Below, piece by piece: positions 23,601 through 35,862 of a stretch of 64,000 nucleotides of DNA; position 1 is the stretch's first letter; each line of letters starts with the position of its first letter. A program made the position numbers and the translations under genes. The notes under the pieces were generated by a model that worked only from the letters and a program-made list of their open reading frames with translations, had not been told where the DNA came from and did no database searches. Origin of the DNA: Camelus dromedarius (Eukaryota); the NCBI RefSeq assembly GCF_036321535.1, contig NC_087442.1:73594001-73658000 (forward strand), read 5' to 3'.

Positions 23601-25839
23601 CTTGAGCCCTTATTCTGTGTCTTTGCTGTACTGTACAGCAAACTGTTGATGCCACTAAATAAATGAGAAATAAGATAGCTGTTTTCTACATTACTCCAAA
23701 GAAGAGAGGTAAACACTTTGTGTTTTTTATTTTGTATTGTCTGGTGCTTTTATGAGCACTGGTTATTTTTAATATTTCACTGAAAGACTGAAAAGGAATC
23801 ACGCATTTATCCACAATAAATATATGCTAGTTTTGTTTGCCAGTGTGAGTTATAGCTCATTGTCTTTTAAGTTTAGGGATGATATCTTACTCATATTTTT
23901 ATCTGCTGGGCCCTTCCCAGAGTACATGGTAGGGATCCCATAAATATTTATTGAATGGTTATCAAAACATCAAAATTACTGTATTATGATAAAAAATACA
24001 TCAGCCTAATGTGGGTTACACTGGTTGGTTCATGCTGGTTAAAAACTCTGATTAGTAGTTAAATTTGTGGGGGGAAAAAAACTAATTAGTTACTCCTTAA
24101 TAAAAAAGTTGAGCTTGCAAAATCATTTTAAATACAAAATTCACAGAGAAATAACAAAAGAAATCTGAAAGTGAAAGCTTAGGACATAGGTCTCTGTAGT
24201 CATCACTCCAAAACCGGTGTCTGGAGCACCTCACTCTGTGCTTGCAAGTCCCCCTCTCCCTTTCACCAGAATTTACCAAACACAAATCATTATGTATCTT
24301 CTTCTCTCCTTCCATAAATTTTTACTCATGCTAATGATGTGATCATTCTCACAGATAACAAGGTTAACATTTTAAATAGTTCTCTAGTTCATAAGATATT
24401 GAAAATAAAGATGCCATTGTATTGTTCCTATACAATAGGACATACAAGATATGTCATAACTACAAGCATCTTTTGTATGTATTGATTCAATCAACCACAG
24501 TTAGTAAAGTTGCTGTTAGATACAGTGTTAGCGTGTCTTTTCTGATTTTAAAAAAAGTAAAAATCTACGAGAAAAATTTGGCTGAATAAAAAAAAATATG
24601 TAAACTGAGATAGATACTGAAGTTTACTTTAGTATCCCCATTACCTTTGGGGGGAAAATAATTCTGCCTCTTAGCTCTGATCTTACTTCATGAAACAGGT
24701 AGATACCTTGTCAGATTTAAAGTGATAATTACATGTTTAGTAAGTGAATAAATTTGAGAACCTGCAATCAAACCTATAGGACAAATATGAAACTAAGACA
24801 AAAATTAGATAAAGACATTTCTTGGCAGAAAGTACTTGATATAGTTCCAATTTCCTATCCTTTCAGAGCTAAGTCTGAATTTTATTTTTTTTCCAATATC
24901 CTGACTGAAGTATTTTATACTGAAGGAATTACTGAAAAACTGACTAGCAAACTTTGGATGTAGTAATAAATGTTTATGATCTGCTGACTGTATTTTTATA
25001 TTATTCATTGATTAAGTCCTTAGATCTCTTGCTTCCATAGGCCAGGAATTAGAGATGTGAAGTGTGAGGTAATGCTTTCTCTGTACCAGTTTCATGAATA
25101 GAATCTATAATGGAAATGGGTAACAATCACATCATTGATTATTATTTATGTAGAAAAGTTATCATGTCTGTGTAACTAATATTGAAAATACAGCATACCA
25201 AAAAGAAGATAATATATAGCTGTTTCATATGTTCTAGACCTAAGGAAACTGATTCCTTTACAGTTAGCTAATGAGCTAATTGGCCTTCCATATTTGGGTC
25301 CATTAAAATCATCCACCCTGCTTTCAGTTAAATCAGTACACCATCCTGTTCCTAAAAGAGTTTTTCTGCTTTCTAGAAATCATGAAAGCCAGACTTTCAA
25401 AGCTTGAGCATCTTATAAAATACCTTAAAATAATGTTCAGTCTTTCCTTTGTTGAAAGTATTAGATGTTTATGACCTCGGAGTTTTATCCCCAGTGGTCA
25501 TCTTTGGTAGCTTGTCATTTTGTCTTTATTTTGTTTTGATTTGCTTCCTTTAGCACTTGGCACAGTTGAAGAGCCCATTGGCATATAGGTAATTCTGTCA
25601 CTGACAGATTTCTTCACATGGGCTACAACTTGTGAGTTAAAACAAGTCTGTTACATCATGATGAAATATCATGTATGTTTCCATTATGCCAGAATAGCTA
25701 TTCAGTTCAGACCAGGTCAAAAATGTGAAATTAGAGTAAACAAAATTTCAGATGTTTAACTGTAGTCTGTGTCTTAAGAAGTGCCACATAAATAGATAAA
25801 ATGGATTCCGAAATTTCATAAGCTTATATAACCAAACAT

Positions 25840-26085
25840 CCATGTAGTTAGAGGACAAGCCTGAAAGTAGCCCCAAGCACACTGGAGATAAGACAGCTCT
25901 GCCACTTTGTAGTTGTGGGACTTGCCTTCTGTAAGCCACAGTCACTTGTATAAAATGGGGACGGTATATTCTCCTTCAGGTTATTTCAAGGATTAAATGA
26001 GATTCCGTCTTCAAAGTGCTTGGCAGAGTTCTTGGCATACAATTTTCCATTCTTAGCACATAAGTAGTAGATACTGTTATTATTG
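25840..26085 (+). mobile_element. MIR SINE
   Basis: cagctctgccactttgtagttgtg...tataaaatggggacgg...aggattaaatgagat. Confidence 0.75.
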
Positions 26086-27648
26086 GCCAATTTGGTCCTT
26101 GTTCCATGACCTTCAACAATGTATTAATTCAGTAGGAGAGAGTTAATGGACTATTTTGCGTTTTACCTACACCAAAAAAGTCGAGACTATGTAAAATTTT
26201 CACTTCCGATTGATTAACCTGGGACCATAAGGCTGTTGATTCTTGCATATTACTATGATTTGAAGGAACGTGAAAAAAATGCTAATACTATGATTATAAA
26301 ATTATTATGAAATTTAGGTTTAAAAAGGAAGCAGTTTTCTTTGTTTCTGACTCGATCATTAACTATATTTGATTGGAATGTAAAATGTATTATAACCCTT
26401 AAATAAGCAAATTAACATATAAACATTTGGATCTGTTAGCATGTCTATTCATATAGATATCTATTCTACAGTGTTAGTGGAAGGAGGAGGCAACTTAAAA
26501 TCTGATGATGATTCTCTGGTAACTTATTCCAGTCGGCTTCAGTATGGTGTAATAATTATAACACTGAGAACAGCAGGAGATTAGATTGTTTTCTCTGTGC
26601 CATTTGTCTGTTGTATCTGAGAACAGAATAATCTCTCCCACTGTCTGCAGGGAAATTGCTGCATTTTTCTCTGAAACTTCTAGACCAGTAACATTATTCA
26701 TTCCCCCAAAAAATCCTTGTACAGTGTCTAGCATAGAGAGGGTAATGGCGAGGTATATACCCTAGGGAGGAAATCCTGAATGTCTGATATTATAAGATAC
26801 CATATTGATTTCCCTTTCACTCCACATAAATCACAGAGGTAATCTTTCTCTAGATTCCAGAATTCCAGTGCAGCCAAAACAAAATTTTTTTCTTCCCCTT
26901 TGCCATGTGTAATTGGCAATCTTCGGTGTATACGGCCCAATGAGCAAACTGACTTCTTGGTACTTGTATAAAATATTGCTCTTTCAGAAACTGAAATTGG
27001 AAATAAAAGTGTCCAAGTTCAAACGATGAAAGTCTGTCAGCGAAGATTCACATCTGCTGAGTCTGTTTCCCTCTTAACAAGTTAGAAGGGCTCTCTCGTC
27101 AGACCTTGAGCCACTGTGTATGCAATATTCAGTCACATTTTTAGCGTGGCACGCTTGTTCTCTCTGCCAACCATCTGATGAAGCTCAGCAACTTAATGCT
27201 GCACCAGTTCAGCAATCCATATGGGAAAAGTATCCTGGCAGCCCTCGTTTCAGCACAGCAGCAGGGGCTCTGCGATTTTTCACACGGAGGGAGAGAAGGA
27301 GTCGATCAACAAAACCTGATGTTACACTGCCAGTTAAGGATTGTTGATTGGCTTGCAATGGAAGCTCTAGCCAGAACACTTCCCAGAAATACCACATAAT
27401 GTGATAGCGATCTGGGGGTGAGAGCTTCCTTGGCCAAGGAGCCCCAACAATAGATATCTCCCCACCCCCAGTCTGGATACCCAAGGCCAGCACCCAGCTC
27501 ACATTAGAGCAAATAGTGTATTTTTTTTCAAAAGCAATTCAAGGGAACAACTTCGCAGAATGTCATCTGGAGCCTTGAAAGAAGGTTTGGTTTGGTTTGG
27601 TTTTTCCCCTTTTGTATATTGAATTCTCAGTATCAAAGACTAAATTCT

Positions 27649-27859
27649 GTAAAATGATTATAAATCAATAAAAAATGTTAAAAAAAAAGAATACAAAATA
27701 TAGAACATAGAATACAGAATATAGAACACAGAATACAGAATATAGAATTCAGAATACAGAATACAGAACATAGAATGTAGAATATAGAATACAGAATATA
27801 GAATATAGAATACAGAATATAGATATAGAATATAGAATTCAGAACACAGAGAAAAAAAA
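27649..27859 (+). mobile_element. L1 3' tail remnant carrying a heptamer tandem array, bounded by a perfect 14-bp TSD
   Basis: gtaaaatgattataaatcaataaaaaatgttaaaaaaaaa + array + A-tract. TSD AAAGACTAAATTCT at 27635-27648 and 27860-27873. Confidence 0.85.
27688..27850. repeat. (AGAATAY)~23 heptamer minisatellite with variants AGAACAY, AGAATTC, AGAATGT
   Basis: Directly visible. Confidence 0.95.
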
Positions 27860-29769
27860 AAAGACTAAATTCTACTTTCCTCTGACTAAAAACACTACAT
27901 ATACTGTCTAAATGTGAGTGTAGGTGTGTAGTTCAGGTAGTAAACACACACACACAGAGTTACAAACACTTTCACACGTTTGGCAGGAGGCACCTCTCTG
28001 AAATGAACTGGATGCTCCAGTGCTTTTCCTCTCTCTCACTCTCTCTCTCTGCTTGTTATTCATTTTTCTTGCTCTGTCAGAATGGTTGGCAATTGACCTT
28101 TGCGGTTAGAGCAGAATAAACTGTTGGGAAGCATGTTGTGCCCAGTTCCCAGCTCCACCCCGGCCAGCTGTCCGCCATCATTTCGGGGGAGGTTTTATAG
28201 CCACTTGATACACTGTGGTAGGGTAAGTTCAGAATATGGTGTTGGGTCGTGCCACGTTGGCCGCTAGGAGACATTTATGTAAAAAAAGAATCAGGCTTGT
28301 TTAGAAATACAATTAGTGCTGTTTGAAAATAAGCATGCACGTTGCTTACTGTTCATGTAAAATGATGACTCTTTCCTACAAGGTACTTCTGTGGCTCAAG
28401 TTTTCATGGGGAGTTGAGTATGGTTGAGCAGACTTATGTGAAGCCTTTGCCCTCATGTGTGTCCGTAGCACACAAGAGAAGGCAGGGAAACTCTAGAACA
28501 CATTTTTGTCTTGCTTTCGTAAGCCTTCACATCCTGCCAAGGGTTTTGAGATACTTTAACATTCGTTTTTTTTTTCTAGTGAAAGCATAAGTTCTTTTTC
28601 GATGCAGGAACCTGTTTTCATTTTATAGGGTCCCTCTAATAACCTGCTTGTCTCTTATTTTGTTTGTTGTTTAAAATTCATTGCACTCTTTTAGAGAAAT
28701 GACAGTTTCACTGACCATTTTATGCTATTGAATTCCTAAAGTGAGCAAGCTGTTTAGAAAACCTCTGCTCTTCAGAGCTTTGTTTAAAAAAAAAAAAGTC
28801 TTTTGTGGCTTTACTTATAGTTTTAATCTGAAGTGTTGTTTCATCTTTGCCAAATCAGCAAATAATCAGTGCCTTTACAGTCTCTTAGAATGTATTTTCA
28901 TCCTCCTTTCCAACAAAGTAAAATGCAAGTATTTAAATATATCTTACCACTCAGTGTCAAACACAAAGGAAATGTAAATAGACTGTCAGGCTAATTCACA
29001 TCTGCTGGGGAGTAATTGTTGGATGCATGCTGATTAAACATAAAATTTTTTTAACCAAGTTTTTAATTAGGCATCTGCACCAGGTCACACAGATGAAATT
29101 ATAAAGTGTGATTAAGAAATCCTTCATTCTTTTGAGAAATAAGGGGCGATGCTAATATATTGGAATCCTTTTGCCTATAGATAGAATGTTGGAATCACTG
29201 GCTGCTTGTAGAAAATCAAGGGATCTTGGGGAAGCCCCCAAACGCCTGTCACTTACCTGTTTAACTGCACCACTGAAATTTTTCAGTGCCCTGTGTGAGT
29301 GCAGTAGGAGAGTTCTCCCATTTTCACTAGATGTAGGAACTTTTAAAACTGCTCCTTTAAAACTATCTTTTCTGACTTTTCCGTGCATGAAAAGAAACTA
29401 GACCAAGAAAAGTTAACTTGCTTGCCCAGGATCACACAGCTATTGAAATAATTTATAGTAGAGCTTCTGATGGTTACAGAGCTTCATGGGTTACAGTGCC
29501 CTGTCACTTCTCTGCCTCAGCGTTCTCAAACCCTCTTCCAAACTGCTTATTTTGGAGGACTGAAGAAACTGGTCCGAGATATTGCAGTGGATTCCCCTGT
29601 CTGCAATTATTTGCTTCACTGCTTCCCTCCATTAACTTAGCTAATCAAAAGAATGTTATAGTTCATCTCTCAATTTTCTCAATATTCAGGAATGAAAAAT
29701 ACTTTACCCAGCATACCAACTGATATGATTGGAGGGACACAAAATATGTCCTGGACTTTGAAATCCTTA

Positions 29770-29950
29770 ACATTCGTGTTGAGGCTTCTGTTCCATTCCT
29801 GAATCTCACCTAATTATCAACGTGACTTTAGAGAAGTTATTTAACTTCTCCCAGGCTCAGTTTCCACATGTATAAAGTATGGGTAACAATGGTAATGATC
29901 TTAAATGGATTTTGTAAGGATTAGGTAAAATTCAATTTGTAAATGCCAGG
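29770..29950 (+). mobile_element. MIR SINE
   Basis: gtgactttagagaagttatttaacttctcccaggctcagtttccacatgtataaagtatggg. Confidence 0.75.
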
Positions 29951-30069
29951 TATATATTAAATATAATAAACTGGCAGTGAAGAGAAATTCTAGCTACTGT
30001 TAATGTGGTTAAATGGGTTGAAGAATTAAGCTGTCAGGAAGAAGTAATTCATACTCAACAACAGGAGGT

Positions 30070-30385
30070 GATCAGAAAGATGGCCAAAAGGTGAGGTTGG
30101 TCTCAAAGGTGACTAGGAGTTTGTCAGTGGGAACCAAGTGTGGGGAGAAGCAGGAGGCTGGAAAGATGCAGCATGTGGAGGGCATGGCTCTGAGCCTGGG
30201 CCAGCTGAGTAGGCTGGGGAGAGGCAGGAGGTGGTGAAAATGTTGACTGAGAGAGCCTTATATGCTGAGCTAGAGAATTTGGACTCTGTTCATTTCTATC
30301 AGAGGCACTGAAGTCCTTAAGTAGAAGAGGACATAGGTGAGTATGATGTGAAAGATGAGTTGACAGGGAGGCAGGTGGAAGGCAG
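30070..30385 (-). mobile_element. L2c fragment
   Basis: gagccttatatgctgagctagagaatttggactct. Confidence 0.55.
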
Positions 30386-30689
30386 TGCCCAGTACTTCGA
30401 AGTCCCTGAAACTACTCCCCTTGACCTGCAGGACAGTCACACTCTCCTGATTCCTGAGACAATCCTGATCAGAAAATGGAGTTTACTAGCAATCCCGTGT
30501 CCTCCTAGAGGTCAATATGGGGTGAGATTAGGGAACCCCATAACCCCCCAGACTCATTGAATCATGCCATATGCTAGGCTTCCCTTTGGATTCTTTGTGT
30601 ATCTGACATACCACAGTGCTTCACTTCGGGTTTTTTTTTGGTTTGCTTTGGGGATTTAGTTTTTTTCTTTGGTTCTTTTTTGTTTTGTA

Positions 30690-30856
30690 ACCTAAACTTT
30701 TTAACTTCTAAGTTTGTCAATTTTTTGTAATGCACGTTGTTAATAGTACAGTATTATTACATATGTATAATTTATAAATAAATATATGTGTTGGCTACTC
30801 ATGCACAAAATGTTTTACCCATGAGAGTATATAATCAAAAATGTTTGAAGACTATT
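30690..30856. mobile_element. hAT-Charlie fragment
   Basis: Ends with a hAT-like terminus aaaatgtttgaagactattg. Confidence 0.5.
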
Positions 30857-30917
30857 GTAGAGACAGATCATGTTGTCATGTATTTTATCTTTTTCTTAGA
30901 AACCGAGCTTTCCATAA

Positions 30918-32150
30918 GTTCCTAATGTACAGCATAGTGATTTAGTTATACATATGTATGTATATTCTTTTTCATATTATTTTATATATTTTTTTATTGA
31001 AGTATAGTCAGTTTACAATGTTGTGTCAGTTTCTGGTGAACTGCACAATGCTTCAGTCACACATGAACATACATATATTCGTTTTCATATTCTTTTTCAC
31101 CATGTTACTACAAGATATTATATATAGTTCCCTGTGCTATACAATAGGACCTTGTTGTTAATCTATTTTATATATATGTAGTTGGTATCTGCTAATTCCA
31201 AACTCCTAACTTATACCTCCCTAAACCCCTTACCCCTTTGATAACCATAAATTTGTTTTCTATGTCTGCGAGTTTGTTTTTGTTTTTTAAATAAGTTCAC
31301 TTATGTCATATTTTAGATTCCACGTATAATTGATATGATATGGTATTTGTCTCTTTCTGACTTATTTCGCTTACTGTGATAATCTCTAGGTCCATCCATG
31401 TTACTGCAAATGGTATTATTTCATTCTTTTCTCATAGATGAGCAATATTCCATTGTATGTGTGTTTATATACCACAATTTGTATATACATAGAACTTTTT
31501 TGTCCAGTCATCTGTCAATGGACATTTAGCTTCCATGTCTTGGCCATTGTAAATAGTGCTGCTACAAACATTGGGGTGCGCATATCTTTTCAAATTAGAG
31601 TTTTCTCTTGATATATGCCCAGGAACAGAATTGCTGGATCACACGGTAATTCTATTTTTAGTTTTTTAAGTTTTAACCTCCATGCTGTTCTCCATAGTAG
31701 CTGTACCAGTTTACATCTGACCAATAGTGTGGGTGTGTTCCCTTTTCTCCACACATTCTCCAGCCTTTATTATTTGTAGATTTTTTTTTGATGATGGCCA
31801 TTGTGACTGGTGTNNNNNNNNNNNNNNNNNNNNNNNNNNNNNNNNNNNNNNNNNNNNNNNNNNNNNNNNNNNNNNNNNNNNNNNNNNNNNNNNNNNNNNN
31901 NNNNNNNNNNNNNNNNNNNNNNNNNNNNNNNNNNNNNNNNNNNNNNNNNNNNNNNNNNNNNNNNNNNNNNNNNNNNNNNNNNTGAGCTGTTTGTATATTC
32001 TGGAGATTAAGCCCTTGTAGGCCGCATCATTTGCAAATACTTTCTCCCAGTCCATAGGTTGTCTTTTCATTTTGTTTGTGGTTTCCTTGCTGTGCAAAAC
32101 CTTGTAAGCTTGATTAGATCCCATTTGTTTATGTTTGCTTTTATTTCTAC
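30918..32150 (-). mobile_element. 5'-truncated camelid/laurasiatherian L1 (~1.2 kb: 3' UTR plus ORF2 C-terminus), with a second short L1 3' UTR piece at its left edge
   Basis: ttttattgaagtatagtcagtttacaatgttgtgtcagtttctgg... The minus-strand ORF 31711-32154 (NKMKRQPMDWEKVFANDAAYKGLISRIYKQL) is L1 ORF2-like. Confidence 0.93.
31814..31982. other. N-run (169 nt) inside L1 ORF2 C-terminal region
   Basis: Directly visible. The flanks are collinear L1 sequence. Confidence 0.98.
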
Positions 32151-33664
32151 ACACTTTGGAGAATAAATTTTATCAAGAACAGTTATTCTCGATTTAATTG
32201 AAGTGATGAGTAGCACACTCCCAAAAGTATATGTCAAAATTCATTATGCTTGTGGATGCTGTAGAAGAGAATGAAAATGAATATTCAGTATTATAATGAA
32301 ATTACCTATTATAATAAAACTGTATATTATTATTATAAAAACACCAAAGTAACAGAAGCTTCAGAAAAAAAAAAAGGTACCTCAAATTGTATTAGCAGGA
32401 AAGGAGACTCAAAAAATAGTAATTTTTCAAAGTAGTGTTCAATTAGTGAGATGGGAGTGGTTAGTGAGAATTTTTTTTTCTTTACCAAAAATCTATATGA
32501 CTTGGCAAAAATAGAAGTTAGAAACATTAAGGCAGCAAATCTAGCTATAAAATCCATTCCAGTTTTCCTCTAAGTCTTTTTATCCTTTATTCAATGAGAA
32601 TTTATCCTAAATACCTAGAGACTTCTCAACATAGCAATGATATCCTATATGTTTTGTAGGGAAAAAAAACTTGGAACAGGTAGTAAACTCTCACAAAGGA
32701 ATGAAGTCTGAGATGAGTTTTTTGACACAAACATGAGATAGGAGCAATCTGTGTAGGAATAATGGAAGATATCTTTGAAGAGATCAGGAAAGAAATGAAT
32801 TAGTTGAGATGAAGTTAGACATAGAAAAAAGTACACTTGAGGGTAGAGGAACAGCAGAGTTCAACTAAAAGGCAAGTTACCAGGTTCTGAATTTTGAACA
32901 GTAAAGATCCAGCTTCCCAAGAAAGGTAACTTTTGAATTGTGAATACAAAAATAAACTGGAAAGGCTAGAGGTGAAGAGTGTTAAACACTCAGTCTAAAG
33001 ACTGAGTAGTCTGAAGTTAATAGATGAGACTGTAGGATGAAAATGGAGTGTGAAGTAAATTGTTCTAGTCTGGCCCACGGTGGTGGTGACGGCAGGTGGA
33101 CAGCAGGTGGTAAGCCGGAGCAGCTGACAAGGAAGATTCTGGAGGCCTCCGTGACTCAAAGAATGTGGGAGCAGAGGAAAGAGGTATAAAAATAACTCCA
33201 TTTTAAGCAATGCTTTACAAAGAGTGCTCAATTTTACCCAAAATGATGAAGTACCCAAGAGGTATCCAAGACCGTATTTTGAGTTCCGCGACTAAGAAAG
33301 AAACCAATCATCTGAGAACATTTTCTTTGGCAGGCCAGCCATTTTAAACTTCCTGCTTCATCAGCCTCACCCTCCTTGACTTGCACTTTGAAATCCCATA
33401 ACTGGGAATCAGGTCATTATGAGATCAGTTATCTTGCAGACACCAAGCTCATGAGTCACACCAAATCTGACCCATAGGCCAGAGGGCAGTGGCCCTAAAA
33501 CTGTCTGTCCTCATTATGGGCTAAAATGAATGGCCATATAGGAAACAATGTAATCTTGCAGGCAATGTGGCAAAGAAAATGTGTGCTTGGCTCTCAAAAG
33601 AAATGAATCATCTTCTTTTTTGTGGGGAATCTTCCTTGGTTAAATTAAAAGTCTTCTCACAAGC

Positions 33665-33830
33665 ATGATCTCATTCTCACAGTAGCTCTGAAAAAGAGGA
33701 AATGGAGGAAATATTTAATTCCCATTTTCTAAAAGAATAAATTGAGAGATGGAGAGATCAAGTGACTCTTTTCCAATCCACCCTCTTAAGTAGGCCAGCA
33801 GGGTTAAATCTAGAGCCAGTTTTCCTAACG
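33665..33830 (-). mobile_element. MIR SINE
   Basis: ttcccattttctaaaagaataaattgagagatggagagatcaagtgact. Confidence 0.6.
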
Positions 33831-34684
33831 ACATCCCTTTCTGTGCTCATGAGCCCAGTCTGGCTCAGGACTTGGCATGGCACCATCAGAAGGCATATAC
33901 CAGGTGGCTCATATTTTTATTTCACAACATGTAAATGACATTCATACAGCACAGTCTATAAATATCCTACCCAATCAATTCTATTTGAGCAAGCAAACAT
34001 TTGCTTACATCTCCATTTTCAACAATTTTGGCATGACACAGTGTCTAGGCATCAATATATTTTTTAAAATGAGCAGTGGAGTTGTGTCAAGTTGTTAGAT
34101 AGTTTTATCCTGTGATAACTGACCGCTCGTTTTTTACATTCAGAAGTCTTCTGAGTAGCTCCATAAAGATGTTGCTGCAGGGTCCTTTATCACTTGCTTG
34201 CTTGATGACTTGAAAAATTGCTCTGAGTGAAAAATACACATAAATTTTAGAAGTCACTCTTACTAATAACCACAAATAGTTCTCATTCTGTGTTTAAATA
34301 GTAAGACCACATTAAAACTCAAAAATAGATAACATTAATCACTATAATGCAAATAACTACTCTTTAGACCTGGCAGGGAAGCGTGAGAGCTTTGAGCATT
34401 ACCCTTAGTTTTGTTTCCCTATGAATTTCTGGCGTAGCAGAGGGAAGAATAAAGCATGCTTGGGGGCTGGGGAGTTTAACTGTGATTAAAGTTAGGGAGA
34501 GCCTTAGAGGAAAATGGCATTTGTTACTTTCCTGCCTTTTACTTTCCCGCTCAGAAACTCATACTCATCCCTAATTACGACTGTTGCGGGAATATCTTGG
34601 TGGGACTGTCCTGATTTTATAGACGGATATAACCAAGGACAGATAATAATTACTGAAATAGCAATTATCCTTTGCATAACAATT

Positions 34685-34890
34685 TATGGCTTACAAAGCC
34701 CCTTTCACCTGTATGATCTCATTTGTTATTTCCCATAGAACGCTGTTATTATTGTTCCTCATTACTTCTGAATAATCTGAGTCCCAGAGGATTTAAGTTA
34801 GTTTTGAAAGTCACACAGCTCGTAAGTGAAAGAACTGGAAATGAGACCAGAGACTTTTGGCTCTTTATTCCATGTAGTGTCTACTATACC
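34685..34890 (-). mobile_element. MIR SINE
   Basis: ctgagtcccagaggatttaagttagttttgaaagtcacacagctcgtaagtg. Confidence 0.7.
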
Positions 34891-34959
34891 ATGCAGCCTC
34901 CCAAACCTACAGGAAACACTGGGCCAAGAATGGAAGTGAACAGAAAAATAGTCAATGCA

Positions 34960-35862
34960 TTTAAAAACAAGACAGTAACCAAATAGGAAAACTGGGGAAA
35001 TGAGAGATACTGAAGAGAAAAGCAAATGGCTAATAAACACATACAAAGATGCTCACCCTCACTACCAACCTGGGAAATGCAAATTAAAACTATGATCACA
35101 CCCATTAGATTATCGAAAATTAAAAGTCTGAGAATGCAAAGCATTGTGTCAGATGGGGAGCAATGAAAATTTTGATATACTACCAAGGGGAGTGTAAAAT
35201 GGTATGACCTATTTTGAAAGCCACTTGCCATTATCTAGCAAAGTTGAAGATGTATGTGGCCTGAGCCCCATAGTTCTATGCCAAGGTACGCACCTCACAA
35301 AAACTCTACTATATGGGCGCAGAGGCCGTGGGAAAAGATTTATTTAATAGCCAAAAATTCACAAGAACCCAAGAATCCATTAACGGAAAAATGGATAAAT
35401 ATTAATAATGATGTTGTCATCCAATAGATACTTATATTGCAATGAAAATTAATGAACCAGCGGTAAATGTATCAGTCAAAAGAGATAAATATCACAAATA
35501 CATTTTGAGAGGTATTACAGAAGATTAATATAATGTACCATTTATAAAAGTTTTAAAATATGCAGAAACATATTTGGGGGAAATTATTTAGGGATTAAAT
35601 ATTATGTAGGAGTATTGTTTAATGGGTATGTAGATATGCTGTAAAAATATAAAGTACATGTGAGTAACATACCTCAAATGCGGGACAATGATTGCCTTTG
35701 GAAAGGACAGTAAGGCAAGTGGGGCAAGTGGAAAGGGTGCTACTCAGGGGAGCTTCAACTAATATGAGCAATTTTCTAATCATTAAGCTGGATGGTAGTA
35801 CACAAGTATTTATATCCTTTGTACCTTTCAATGTGTAAAATATATTTAATAATTTTAAAAAT
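34960..35862 (+). mobile_element. Old L1MD/ME fragment (ORF2 end plus 3' UTR)
   Basis: aaatggctaataaacacatacaaagatgctcaccctcact...ggaaatgcaaattaaaacta. Confidence 0.85.

Noticed and set aside
27246-27266. RE1-like TTCAGCAC in the CpG-rich block
   Set aside because: Left half only, with no GGACAG at the canonical spacing.
27688-27850. Tandem array considered as CRISPR-like or as a heat-shock element array
   Set aside because: It has 7-bp units with no spacers, in mammalian DNA. The GAA units are head-to-tail with 7-bp period, not the alternating nGAAn/nTTCn arrangement of an HSE.
28258-28275. CTCF-like GGCCGCTAGGAGACA downstream of the candidate exon
   Set aside because: Two mismatches in the high-information GGGGGC part of the core.
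28436-28535. Possible H/ACA snoRNA (small hairpin, AGAACA box, ACA near the end)
   Set aside because: The second hairpin is too short and the pairing is weak, and such short boxes occur by chance.
32160-32900. Possible HAL1/L1 ORF1 or L2 remnants
   Set aside because: The similarity is too faint to support a call without an alignment.
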